64,000 nucleotides of DNA, from NCBI GenBank assembly GCA_951813605.1, contig OX638379.1:752471-816470 (forward strand). Reading direction: 5' to 3'. Shown one piece after another: positions 19,330 through 29,196 of the stretch; the first letter of the stretch is position 1, and every line of letters begins with the position of its first letter. The notes under the pieces were generated by a model. It was not told the DNA's origin. It worked only from the letters and a program-made list of their open reading frames with translations, and did no database searches. Made by a program: the position numbers and the translations under genes. This stretch comes from an uncultured Bryobacterales bacterium. Its GTDB lineage: Bacteria; Acidobacteriota; Terriglobia; Bryobacterales; UBA6623.

Positions 19330-19645
19330 CCGGGCCAATCGGCTCGATAACACGATCCGGCAGGGAGATGCTGCTGGCGGATCCGGACCGCCCATTCAGA
19401 GATCTCTTATATTGCAATGGAGCCGGCGGATTTCAGCCGCGGTTGGTAAATGACCCGGCTTCAAGAATCCGCCGGAGCCGCCTCTGAGGGTGTTCAGCTA
19501 GCGACTCCGCTTTCGATCTTTCACGCCAATCTCGCCAGCAAGGTCGAGGCGTTCGCAGGCTCGGCCACCGATCTTTCGACTTTCAGATGGATCCTTGGAA
19601 TACGCGGGCCGTCCTGGTGCGGATTGACCCCAGAAGCGTTAGGAT
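19330..19645 (+). pseudogene. Decayed 3-prime fragment of a paralogue of the GH38-like gene
   Basis: The translation IAMEPADFSRGW*MTRLQESAGAASEGVQLATPLSIFHANLASKVEAFAGSATDLSTF, continuing after a frameshift as MDPWNTRAVLVRI, aligns with the C-terminus of the 12175-14847 protein (LAFKPAQFHPGWYMLRLQEIAGAAAERVQLTTPLPIFDAKLATTVEEFTGSTFDLANFSLEPWQTRTVLVRV). The TAC codon at 14650 corresponds to TAA at 19447. The 5-prime boundary is approximate. Confidence 0.6.
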
Positions 19646-20031
19646 CTGCATCTGGCTGGAGGGGCCGCCGAAAGGCGCTGACGCGATTCGCCCTGGTGAC
19701 GGGCGGGTTCGTTTTGCATTCCGATGTGGCTCAGAGCCGACGATATTTCCGGCCCTGCTGCGAGCGTTTCCTAAGATGCCCCTGAAGCGCTTCATTTCCA
19801 AACGCTCGGCTTGCAGACGACGCCTCTTTCTCACTCGCCGAGGTACGCACGCGCCGCGATGCGTCAGTTGGCTTGAGTCATGCGAGACCTGTTTGCACGA
19901 AGGATCGACACCCCAGAAAACTGACTTCGCTTGGCCGGAGTGCCCGGACCGCCGGTCAATTCCTCGTTCACCTAAACTGTGTGTGCGCAGCCCTTAGGCG
20001 GCGTGAACCGTCAGAGAGGTTGGATCGTCAA

Positions 20032-21495
20032 ATGCAAAGCGGGGTGAATCGCTTGACGCGCCGAGAGTTGCTGGCGGGCGTTGCGGCGAGTGCGACCGCC
20101 CTGTCTGGTTGCCGTGCGGGTACGCTTCCCGGACCGCGAGTTGCCACTCGGCCGAACTTCCTCTTTCTTCTTTCAGACCAGCACCGTCCTGACTGGCTGG
20201 GCCGCAATCCCGAGATTCCTTTTCCCACGCCGAACATCGACCGCCTTGCCGAGCGCGGGGTCGACTTCACCCAAGCGATCGTCGCTTCGCCCGTCTGCGG
20301 GCCCTCTCGATCCTGCTTGGCATCCGGCATGGAGTACGAGAACTGCGGGGTCGAAGTCAACCGCGATCCTTACAATCCCCAGATCACCACGTACTACAAG
20401 CACCTGCGCGACAGCGGTTTCCACACCATGGCGGCGGGAAAGATCGACTTGCACAAGGGCTCGGCCGGGCGCACCCTCGACGGACGGCAGAACATGGCGG
20501 CTTGGGGATTCTCGGACATGCAGATCACGGCAGGGAAGGGCGGAGGGTACTTCGGAAATCCGCTCGGTCCGAAGGAACCGTACTACGACTATCTCGCCGA
20601 GCAAGACCCGCCGCTAGACCGGATCTGCGCCGAAGACATCGCTAGGCGCTCGGAGCCCCGCGAGATGAACTGGTGGGGCATGACCGAGCCCTGCCCGCTG
20701 GACGACGACCACTATCTCGACAACTTCACCGCACGCAGCGGCATACAGATGCTCGCACGAGCACCCGACGATTCCCCGTGGTTCCTCATTGTCAACTTCA
20801 ACGGCCCCCATCCGCCGATGGACATCACCGAGAGAATGGAACGCCAGTACCGCGGGCCGGACAGGGTGATCGACGATTTTCCACAGCCGCACGACTACTC
20901 GGGCCAATTCCCCGAAGGGCAGCACATACGCATTCGGCAGAACTATTCGGCCATGATCGAGAACATCGACCGCTGGCTCGGGATATTCCAGGACCGATTG
21001 CGAGATCGAGGGGAGCTCGACAACACGGTGGTAGTCTACTCGAGCGACCACGGCGAGATGCTAGGGGACCACAGTCGGTGGGGCAAGAGCGTTCCGTATC
21101 GGGCCTCGGCTGGCGTGCCGCTTGTCATGGCCGGACCCGGCATTGCGGAGGGTGTGCAGAGTAACGCGCTCGTCAGCTTGATGGACCTTGCCGCAACCTT
21201 TATCGACTACGCCGACATGCCGGTTCCCCACGAGATGGAGAGCATCTCCTTGCGGCCCTTGCTGGACCGTGGCGGCGGGCAGCACCGGGAATTCGCCCGG
21301 TCCGCGCTGAAGGTTTCCCGGGCTCATGCTGGCCGGTTTCGCATGGTGCAGGACCCTCGTTACAAACTCGTCGAAGGCTTCTTCGAGGCGGTAGCTCTCT
21401 ATGACCGCGAAAAGGATCCCAACGAATCCGAAAACATTGCCGAGAGCAAGCCTGCCGAGGTCGCTCGCCTCGCGAGGCTCTTTGTCGGCGCGTAG
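20032..21495 (+). CDS. Sulfatase, Tat-signal lipoprotein-like
   Basis: ATG 20032 gives MQSGVNRLTRRELLAGVAASATALSGC (twin-arginine motif plus Cys). Sulfatase blocks NFLFLLSDQHRPDWLG and formylglycine-type motif CGPSRSCLASG. Confidence 0.85.
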   Translation: MQSGVNRLTRRELLAGVAASATALSGCRAGTLPGPRVATRPNFLFLLSDQHRPDWLGRNPEIPFPTPNIDRLAERGVDFTQAIVASPVCGPSRSCLASGMEYENCGVEVNRDPYNPQITTYYKHLRDSGFHTMAAGKIDLHKGSAGRTLDGRQNMAAWGFSDMQITAGKGGGYFGNPLGPKEPYYDYLAEQDPPLDRICAEDIARRSEPREMNWWGMTEPCPLDDDHYLDNFTARSGIQMLARAPDDSPWFLIVNFNGPHPPMDITERMERQYRGPDRVIDDFPQPHDYSGQFPEGQHIRIRQNYSAMIENIDRWLGIFQDRLRDRGELDNTVVVYSSDHGEMLGDHSRWGKSVPYRASAGVPLVMAGPGIAEGVQSNALVSLMDLAATFIDYADMPVPHEMESISLRPLLDRGGGQHREFARSALKVSRAHAGRFRMVQDPRYKLVEGFFEAVALYDREKDPNESENIAESKPAEVARLARLFVGA

Positions 21496-21639
21496 CGCAG
21501 CGATTGCAACATTCGAGGTTGGCATGCGGCGCCGATTGAGCTGGAGAAAAATCCAACGTTAGCCAAAAGGGCCAAGAATCAAAACATATGAATGCCTACT
21601 TGTTGTGATTCGGCCTTTCCGGCAACCTGAACAGGCAGG

Positions 21640-22790
21640 CATGCACATCCGCATGCTCCTCCCTTTCGCCATCATCGCGTAGCGAGGCCTACCTTCCGTT
21701 GCAGTCGCGCCAGGCGCCGCGACCCCACCCGCGGCAGCGTTGGCGGCCGACATCCGCAATCGAACACCAACGTCGGGCCGTTCCTGAGGAACAACTACTG
21801 GGCCGATCCTTCGAACGAAACACCCCCGATGGATTGATTGCCCGCATTGACCGCAACTTTGGAAATCTGCAGAAAGTCACCTTCACTGTCAACGAGTCGG
21901 AAGGATTCCAGAACACGCCGGACATCTATCCGACGGCCGGCAACCCGGGTCGGCCGGACCGCTCGTTCAGCGACCGGAAAGTCGAATTGGCGGATACCGT
22001 CAACCTGACCCCGAATCTCGCCTACCATGCATCTTTCGAGGTGGATTCCAACATAATCGACACGATTTCTCTCCACGGCGACAGCGAACTTCCCGCCCAG
22101 CTAGGCTCGTGCGGGGTGGGCGGCGAATTCTTCCCCGCACTGCGCTTTCGCGGTTACGTGGGCCTCGGATCTTCGCGGCGGTCGTACCTGCGGAACGCCT
22201 TCAAAGCTTACGACTTCGACAACGAGCTGATTTTCCACAACGGCGGCCACACCTGGACCGTTGTCAGCTGCACCAAGGTTGTCAAATTCAGCACGCTAGA
22301 GCTCGACTCGCCATCCGGTAGCTTTTCGTTTAACGACCGGATCACGGGCTTGCCGGGAATCAACAACACTGGTGACGGATTCGCCACATTCCTGCTAGGC
22401 CAAGCGCGGCGGGCGGAGGCCACGGACCAGTTTCAGCCGGCCTGAACCCGGCGGCGGTCGTACCGGAACTCGATTCATGACCAGTGGCAGGTCAATCCTA
22501 ACCTCACGCTGACACTCTGGCTGAACACCAACGCCACGAGTCCGCGCACAGAGAAATACGGCCGTCAGTCGACGTTCGATCCGGATGTTCCAATCCTGCT
22601 TCCGCCTCTCCTGGGACATTGGTTTTCTCGCTCAGCCCGGATTGTGGGCGAAGCTCGAGGTGGACTGCTCGCGCTTGCGCCGGATAGGTGTCAGGGCCGG
22701 GACCTCTGCTCCGAAGGACAAGGAATCTGTCGGTTGCGCCCAAGCGGGTTCTTGATCTCGGTTGAGGCGGCGGCCCTTGCCCTCTGATCT
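21640..22790 (+). pseudogene. Truncated, multiply frameshifted TonB-dependent receptor remnant (barrel portion only)
   Basis: Similarity to the two intact receptors is spread over at least three frames. FNDRITGLPGINNTGDGFATFLLGQ matches FNGQFTRAVAGVRGGGDGLADSLLGM. YRNSIHDQWQVNPNLTLTLWLN matches YIQDNWKVTPKLSLNLGLRY and FIQDDYQVNQKVTLNLGLRY. RRIGVRAG...PKDKESVGCAQAG matches PRVGLAYQVTPKTVIRAGYG. The CarboxypepD_reg and plug regions and the C-terminal third are absent. Boundaries are approximate. Confidence 0.65.
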
Positions 22791-22832
22791 GCTTGCTTGC
22801 CGCTATTTGGCCTATAGTGATCTAGGATTCTC

Positions 22833-23759
22833 ATGCATCTGTTGATAAGACTCTTCGCCGTAGCTTTCACCTTGCTGACGGTGGAGGTCACAGCTTTCGC
22901 CCAAGCTCGAAACCCGCCCCGCGAACTGCCTCCAGGCGTTGAGAAGCACGCCGACGTCACCTACGCTTCGATAGGAGACCGGGACCTCCTCCTGGACGTG
23001 TACTTGCCGGCTTCACGGTCGGATCGTCCCATCCCCGCAATTGTCTGGGTTCACGGCGGGGGCTGGCGAGGTGGATCGAAAAACAACATCGGACGTTCCC
23101 AGCCGATATTGGAACGCGGCTACGGCTTGGTATCGGTCGGCTACAGGCTTAGCGGGGAGGCTATCTTCCCGGCAGCCATCGCCGACGTGAAGGCAGCAAT
23201 GCGGTGGGTCCGCGCCAACGCCTCTGGATTCGGTTTCGATCCGGACCGTCTCGGAGCATGGGGCTCGTCAGCGGGAGGGCATCTTGTCGCGCTGCTTGGC
23301 ACGGCCCACGATGTCGAGGAATGGGACAGCATTCACGAAGAGAATGCGGGCGTCTCGTCCCGGCCCGATGCTGTTTGCAACTGGTTCGGACCGACCGACT
23401 TCCTGCGGATGAACGACTTTGCGGGCAGGATCGACCATGACGCGGCGAATTCGCCCGAATCCAGGTTCATCGGCGGCCCGATCCAAGAGCATCCAGAGAA
23501 GGCCCAGCGCGCGAACCCGATTCGTTACGTCACCTCCGACGACCCTCCCATCCTTCACATGCACGGAGAAAAAGATCAGGCGGTGCCGTACAACCAGAGC
23601 GAACTTCTCCACGCCGCCCTTGAAAAGGCAGGTGTCAATACCACGCTGTACATGGTGAAAGGCGGGGACCATGGATTCCGAGGTATGGAGGTAGACACCC
23701 CGCAGTCTCTCAGCCAGCGCGTTGCAGATTTCTTTGCCCGCACTCTGGGCAGGCCTTGA
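22833..23759 (+). CDS. Alpha/beta-hydrolase (esterase/lipase-type), secreted
   Basis: Signal peptide MHLLIRLFAVAFTLLTVEVTAFAQA. Oxyanion motif VHGGGW, nucleophile elbow GSSAGG (G-x-S-x-G), and a late GGDHGF containing the His. Confidence 0.85.
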   Translation: MHLLIRLFAVAFTLLTVEVTAFAQARNPPRELPPGVEKHADVTYASIGDRDLLLDVYLPASRSDRPIPAIVWVHGGGWRGGSKNNIGRSQPILERGYGLVSVGYRLSGEAIFPAAIADVKAAMRWVRANASGFGFDPDRLGAWGSSAGGHLVALLGTAHDVEEWDSIHEENAGVSSRPDAVCNWFGPTDFLRMNDFAGRIDHDAANSPESRFIGGPIQEHPEKAQRANPIRYVTSDDPPILHMHGEKDQAVPYNQSELLHAALEKAGVNTTLYMVKGGDHGFRGMEVDTPQSLSQRVADFFARTLGRP

Positions 23760-23844
23760 CCTCGTCCTTACGACAGTTTGACCGGCCGAGCCAATGGCGG
23801 CTCTCCGTCAGCTCCGATTCGCTGCTGACAGATTGGAATGCGGC

Positions 23845-25491
23845 CTAGCGAGTCTCGATGAAAATTCCGGTGCGCCTTGCGTAGTCTTCCCACTGCGCGG
23901 CGAGCCGCCGCACGATTTCCGGGTTGCCCTTGGCTACATTCGTTGTCTCGCTACGGTCATTCTCGAGGTCGTAGAGTTCCCACTGGATCTCTTTCGGCAT
24001 CCGTTTGCCCCAAACGGCCTTCCAGTTGCCTTGGATGATCGCCCTGGCGGCTTGGTGCTCGAAATACAGCGTCCGGTCGGGCAGGTTGTCTCCGTTAAGG
24101 ACGGGGATCAGGTTCACGCCCTCTTCGCGCTGGACCGTACGGCCCTTGAAGTCGAGTGGGTAATCCGCTCCTGCCGCCGCGCGCAGCGTCGGCATCACGT
24201 CGATGATGTGCCCGCGCTCCCGCACCCATCTGCCGCCGTTCGGAATCCCGTCGGGCCAGTGCGCGATGAACGGCGTGGCTGCGCCACCCTCGTGCGTAAA
24301 GTGCTTGTACAGGCGGAACGGCGTGTTCCCGAGATTCGCCCAGCCGCTCCCGTAAGAATGGTACGTCCCTGGACCGCCCATCTTGCGAAGGTCTTCCCCA
24401 GTGTGCAGGATCGTGACGCCTTGGCGGCTACGTTGGTCGAAGCCGTACGGCCCCCACTCGTAGCAAGCGCCATTGTCGCTGAGCAACATGATCAGCGTCT
24501 TGTCGAACTCCCCGGTGTCCTTCAAGTGATCGACAATCTGTCCGACACCCCGGTCGACATGCTCCACCATGGCGGCGAAAAGCGCCATTCGGCGGGCCAG
24601 GTCGCGTTGTCGCGGCCCGTCGACGGAGTCCCATGCCGGGTTGGCCTGGCCGGGGAATCCGTTCGCGATGTCGTCCCTGTCTACGGGCACGAGCGAGCGC
24701 TTGGTGAGTGTCCACCGCTTCCCGTCAATCAGGCCGATTCTCCGCATCCGTGCGTAGCGCTCCTCGCGCAGGACGTCCCAGCCTCGCAGGTAGGTGTCGA
24801 AGTACTTGTCCGCGCTTTCTCTAGGGGCTTGGACGGGGAAGTGCGGCGATGAATGGCCGAGGAAAAGGAACCACGGCCGGTTCCGCTTCTGTCCTTGCTT
24901 GATGAATTGGAGGGCGTACTCGTTGAATACGTCGGTGGCGTAGAACTCGCCTTGGGGAGGATCGATTTCCTTCTTGCGCCCGGCCGGCATCCGTTGGTAG
25001 TACGCTGCGTCCCATTGGTCGTGGGAATGATCGAAAGCGTAGCCGTAGAATTCCTCGAATCCGCGGCGTGTTGGGCCCGTCTCGTTGTGCAGGTGCCACT
25101 TCCCGACGTAGTAGCAGCTGTAGCCCGCGTTGCCCAGGACTTCCCCTAGCGTTACGCAGCGGTCGTTCAAGCGGCCAAGGTATGCCGGTCCGCGCGTCGC
25201 GTGCGGCTCGCGCGTGGTGAAGCTAGCGACACCCGTCTGTGGCGGGTACAGCCCCGTCATGAGCGAGGCGCGGCTCGGGCAGCAGCGAGAGGAGTTATAG
25301 AACGATTCGAATCGGACGCCTTCTTCGGCGAGTGCATCGATGTTGGGCGTGTCGATCTCACCTCCGTAGCAACCTAGATCTGAGTAACCGAGATCGTCCA
25401 AGAGGATGACGATGATGTTGGGGCGATCCGTCGCGACTGCGAATGGCAAGAAGCCGAAAAAGACTAAGAGTGCTGGAAGGTGGCGGAGCAT
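23845..25491 (-). CDS. Arylsulfatase (Cys-type)
   Basis: ATG 25491 gives MLRHLPALLVFFGFLPFAVA. Blocks PNIIVILLDDLGYSD and CCPSRASLMTG. The ORF is open to 25623 but that stretch has no signal-like sequence. Confidence 0.9.
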   Translation of the reverse strand: MLRHLPALLVFFGFLPFAVATDRPNIIVILLDDLGYSDLGCYGGEIDTPNIDALAEEGVRFESFYNSSRCCPSRASLMTGLYPPQTGVASFTTREPHATRGPAYLGRLNDRCVTLGEVLGNAGYSCYYVGKWHLHNETGPTRRGFEEFYGYAFDHSHDQWDAAYYQRMPAGRKKEIDPPQGEFYATDVFNEYALQFIKQGQKRNRPWFLFLGHSSPHFPVQAPRESADKYFDTYLRGWDVLREERYARMRRIGLIDGKRWTLTKRSLVPVDRDDIANGFPGQANPAWDSVDGPRQRDLARRMALFAAMVEHVDRGVGQIVDHLKDTGEFDKTLIMLLSDNGACYEWGPYGFDQRSRQGVTILHTGEDLRKMGGPGTYHSYGSGWANLGNTPFRLYKHFTHEGGAATPFIAHWPDGIPNGGRWVRERGHIIDVMPTLRAAAGADYPLDFKGRTVQREEGVNLIPVLNGDNLPDRTLYFEHQAARAIIQGNWKAVWGKRMPKEIQWELYDLENDRSETTNVAKGNPEIVRRLAAQWEDYARRTGIFIETR

Positions 25492-26051
25492 GGTGGCGGG
25501 GATATGGATTTCGTAAGGCGAAGAGCGTACCTGGCGGACGCCCCGTGATACGGTGCATCGTACCCCACATGAACCGGACGTGACCGTACCGAAACGATGA
25601 AGCCGCGTGGTTGACGCAGGCATGTCCTTTGACTTGTTGGAGAATCACTTCTGGACGGTGCGTCATCGCTGAGGGCCTCAGTCAATGTCGTCCCTGGCCG
25701 CGATGACAAAGAGATCGGAAGGCGGATCGTGCGGTACGTCCCCGCGCTGGATTCCCCGATTGCAATCACATTGCGGATTGGATTTCCGTTCGTCTCACCG
25801 GAGACGAACGGAAGATTCAGGGCCCTCGCCGACGAGGGCGCCCGGGTCAGGGAGTTCGTAGGTAACAACGGCACTGCGTGAGCGGAGTTCGCACTTCCAT
25901 TGGCAGGCCACAGACGCCACTCCCACCGTCGATGTGCCAAGCCCGTTCGGAATTCAATGTCCGGAGGGCCTGCGTCTCCGCCGCCGACTGGTGCGAAGCC
26001 GGCATCTAACCGACGGGACAGCCTGAAATCGGTAGTTCGACTCGTGTCGAG

Positions 26052-27098
26052 CTATATCCCCATCCCGCACGCCTGCAACAAAGCGCGCTGCACTGCGAGG
26101 TCGTGATTCGGCGTGAAGTGTTCCACCCACCGCTTCTCTCGAATTGCTTGCGCCAAATCGTCCAGGTCTGGCAAGTAGCGCTTCGACGGTCCTACCGGGA
26201 CGCTGCGAGTCCCGGAGGGGAATTCGGCATTCGCCTCTGCTAGCGAAAGGCGCACCCTGGGCCTGTCCGGATTGTCGATCTGGATCGAACCGCGCTCTCC
26301 AAAGACGTAAAAATAGCGTTCCCCGTCTCGAGTGTGGCTCTTGACTGCCGCCACCGCCGGGTCGAATTCGAACGTCGCTACGACGTCATCCTCCATCTGG
26401 TCCTGATGGGGCTTGGAACGTCGCAACACCGAACTCACCCTCGTCGGCTCGCCCATGAGCCAGATCAGCGCGTCGATCATGTGGCAGCAAATCTCGTACA
26501 TCTGCCCGCCCGGATAGCGGTCCAAGCGCTTGCGGCTCTCGGGAGTTTGCATGTCGTTCATTTGGCAAAGAACCGAGCGGACCGGCCCCAGCCACCCTTC
26601 CTGAATTGCTCGGTGTGCCAGACGGAAGGCGGGATTGTAGCGGTAGACATAGCCGATCTGGACAACGAGGCCGCGGTCTTGAGCCTCTCGATAGATGCGT
26701 CGCATCAAGTCGAGGTTCACGCCTGGCGGCTTGTCGATCTTCGTGTGCTTGCCTGCGCGGACGGAGGCCAGAGAATAGGCCAAGGCGTCCAGCGGGTCGG
26801 TCTCTATGCAAACAAGTTGAATCTCTTCGTCGGCAAGAATCCCCTCGACGGAGGTCCATCGAACGCCTTGCCAGCGAGGATTCTCGCGAGCCTTGTCGCG
26901 AAGTTGCGGGTCGGGCTCGGCAACGGCCACGAAGCGGTAGTTCTGCGATTCGCGGATCGCTTCCAAGTGGCCCAGCGCGTGGGAGTGCGCAGTGCCGATG
27001 ATCGCTGCTCCAAGGGGTGCCTCCGATCGAGCGGCGGCCGTGGCTGCTATGCCGGTGAGGGCGGCGCTCATGGCACGCCTGCGCGTCATTCGTGTCAT
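26052..27098 (-). CDS. Gfo/Idh/MocA-family NAD(P)-dependent oxidoreductase with Tat signal
   Basis: ATG 27098 follows AGGAGG. N-terminus MTRMTRRRAMSAALTGIAATAAARS carries a twin-arginine motif. It is followed by the Rossmann-like start GAAIIGTAHSH and the Gfo/Idh/MocA C-terminal domain pattern. Confidence 0.85.
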   Translation of the reverse strand: MTRMTRRRAMSAALTGIAATAAARSEAPLGAAIIGTAHSHALGHLEAIRESQNYRFVAVAEPDPQLRDKARENPRWQGVRWTSVEGILADEEIQLVCIETDPLDALAYSLASVRAGKHTKIDKPPGVNLDLMRRIYREAQDRGLVVQIGYVYRYNPAFRLAHRAIQEGWLGPVRSVLCQMNDMQTPESRKRLDRYPGGQMYEICCHMIDALIWLMGEPTRVSSVLRRSKPHQDQMEDDVVATFEFDPAVAAVKSHTRDGERYFYVFGERGSIQIDNPDRPRVRLSLAEANAEFPSGTRSVPVGPSKRYLPDLDDLAQAIREKRWVEHFTPNHDLAVQRALLQACGMGI

Positions 27099-27349
27099 TG
27101 ATCCTCCTGTGTCATCGGGCGGTTCCAATGAGTTTTCTGCATTCCGCAAGGCTTCGATCCTCCACGTGAATCCCAAGCAAAGGAGTCGAGGACGTTCTGC
27201 TCCAACTCCGGCTGCTGCCTTCCAGTCCGCGTAGCCTTCGCGATGTTGCGACCTGGCTACTCCGCTCCCGACCCAACTGCACTATACGCGATTCGCTCGG
27301 CACATTGTGTGCCGCATCCGCTGAAGGGGCGGGCTCCCGTTCCAAGGCA

Positions 27350-27377
27350 GCCTGCAAGGCGTTCGAACCTTGCAGGC
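27350..27377. repeat. Perfect 10-bp inverted repeat (hairpin) with 8-nt loop
   Basis: GCCTGCAAGG (27350-27359) pairs fully with CCTTGCAGGC (27368-27377). The loop CGTTCGAA contains TTCGAA. No U/T tract on either strand. Confidence 0.6.
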
Positions 27378-27479
27378 ACCGGGGCTACAATCGCCAAGCC
27401 GGAATCCGAGTTGTCGAGTGGACGAGTTGACAGTGTGTCGTCGGAAACCAGGCATGGATGCCCCGTGGTCATTTAACCT

Positions 27480-27625
27480 CCTGGCCTCTAGAGCTAAAAA
27501 GGAGCTGACTTATGCAGTTTTCGAACTGTTGTTAGATATGAACCTAAACACGATGAATGACAAGTTTCTTATCTAATTCAATATTTGTTTAAATGAGCTT
27601 GTCGGCGCTAATTGATGGACTAAGG
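27480..27625. other. AT-rich island in an otherwise GC-rich intergenic region
   Basis: Runs such as ctaaaaaggag, gttagatatgaacctaaacacgatgaatgacaagtttcttatctaattcaatatttgtttaaatgag stand out visibly from flanking composition. The island lies downstream of the DUF1501 gene and upstream of the Gfo/Idh/MocA gene, both on the minus strand. Confidence 0.6.
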
Positions 27626-27746
27626 CAAGGTTGGCAAGCAGCGAGGCAATCTTGGCTTGCCCATGCACGCGGCGCGAAGGGCGGCCTGCCATGAGGATGT
27701 CTGACGGGGCGCGGATGGACTGCCCTACGCGAAACGCGGGGATGGA

Positions 27747-29192
27747 TTACGCTAGCAATTCCCTAACGATCCGGCCCTCGTCGGTCGGGCCGATAAGGCG
27801 TTGATTGAGCCCTTGGTGCGAGAAGTGCAGCTGGTACGGGTCTAGGCCCAGCAAATGAAGCAAGGTGGCTTGAAGATCCCTTGGAGTCACCGGATCGGAG
27901 TCGACATGGTAGCCGATGTCGTCGGTTGAACCGTAGCTTACGCCGCCCTTGATCCCACCGCCCGCCAGCCACATCGTGAAGGCGTCCGGGTGATGGTCCC
28001 GCCCGTAGTACTCCGTCTTGTCTCCCTGCCGATTCTCGCGCATGGGAGTCCGACCAAATTCGCCGCCCCAGACGATCAAGGTCTGGTCGAGCAGCCCCCT
28101 CTGCTTGAGATCCTTGATCAGCGCGGCTGTCGGACGGTCTATGTCGCGAGCCCGATCCGGTAGGTCGTAGCGAATGTCGGTGCGACGGGCGTTCCCGTGG
28201 TGGTCCCAGCCCCAATCGTAAAGCTGCACGAAGCGCACGCCGTTCTCGACCAGCCGCCGGGCGAGTAGGCAGTTGTTCGCGAACGAAAGCTTGCCCGGCT
28301 GCGTCCCGTAGAGCGAATGGATGGAATCGGGCTCGCGCGAGATGTCCATCACCTCCGGCACGGACACCTGCATCCGGTACGCGAGCTCGTACTGTTCGAT
28401 GCGGGCGAGCGTGTCGGGGTCGCGGGACTGCTCCTGGCGCAGCCGGTTGAGGTCACCGAGAGCGTCGAGCGTCTTTCGCCGCAACGAACGGCTCATTCCT
28501 TCGGGGTTGCCTAGGAACAGTACAGGCTCGCCTTGAGTGCGGCATTGAACCCCTTGGTACACCGACGGCAGGAAACCGCTGCCCCAAAGGCTCTTGCCGG
28601 CGCTGGGGGTCTTGTTCCCGCTCACCAGTACCACGAAGCCGGGCAGGTCCCGGTTCTCCGATCCAAGCCCGTACGTCGCCCAAGCGCCCATCGAAGCGGA
28701 ACCTAGCCGCGCGTTGCCTGTGTGCAGCAACAGTTGCGCCGGCGCATGGTTGAACTGCTCTGTTGTCATCGATCGGACGATGGCTGCTTCGTCAGCCACG
28801 CCGGCGAATCGGGGCAGCAGTTCGCTAATCCACGTGCCGGACTGGCCTGCTTGCTGGAAGCGATACGGCGTTCCGAGCAGCTGCGGGACGCCCTTGATAA
28901 AGGCGAATCGCTTGCCTTCCAGTAGGTGCTGCGGGCAGTCGGTCCCGCTGTGCTTTTGGAGCTCGGGCTTGGGATCGAACAGTTCCAGTTGCGACGGGCC
29001 ACCGGCCATGTGCAGGTAAATGACCGACTTCGCTTTGGGCTCGTAGTGCGGTGCTTTCGGAGCCAGTGTGTGCTCTTGCGCGGCTGTGGCAGGACGCACT
29101 GAACCGAGGAACATTGACGCCAGCCCGATCTGGCAGGCATCGAGAAAGTGCCTTCGTGTTACGTGCTGTGCAAATTCGAATCCGGGTGACAT
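27747..29192 (-). CDS. DUF1501 domain protein (sulfatase-fold, Tat signal)
   Basis: N-terminal VTRRHFLDACQIGLASMFLG (twin-arginine motif). Characteristic C-terminal block DHHPDAFTMWLAGGGIKGGVSYGSTDD. ATG 29192 lies 4 nt after the stop of the upstream DUF1553 gene. Confidence 0.9.
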   Translation of the reverse strand: MSPGFEFAQHVTRRHFLDACQIGLASMFLGSVRPATAAQEHTLAPKAPHYEPKAKSVIYLHMAGGPSQLELFDPKPELQKHSGTDCPQHLLEGKRFAFIKGVPQLLGTPYRFQQAGQSGTWISELLPRFAGVADEAAIVRSMTTEQFNHAPAQLLLHTGNARLGSASMGAWATYGLGSENRDLPGFVVLVSGNKTPSAGKSLWGSGFLPSVYQGVQCRTQGEPVLFLGNPEGMSRSLRRKTLDALGDLNRLRQEQSRDPDTLARIEQYELAYRMQVSVPEVMDISREPDSIHSLYGTQPGKLSFANNCLLARRLVENGVRFVQLYDWGWDHHGNARRTDIRYDLPDRARDIDRPTAALIKDLKQRGLLDQTLIVWGGEFGRTPMRENRQGDKTEYYGRDHHPDAFTMWLAGGGIKGGVSYGSTDDIGYHVDSDPVTPRDLQATLLHLLGLDPYQLHFSHQGLNQRLIGPTDEGRIVRELLA

Positions 29193-29196
29193 GGCA

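Noticed and set aside
27512-27535. 7-codon mini-ORF MQFSNCC with perfect SD spacing
   Set aside because: Not called as a gene. It is too short to evaluate, lies on the strand opposite to both neighbouring genes and sits inside an AT-rich region where SD-like strings arise easily. It is kept only as a note in the AT-rich-island finding.
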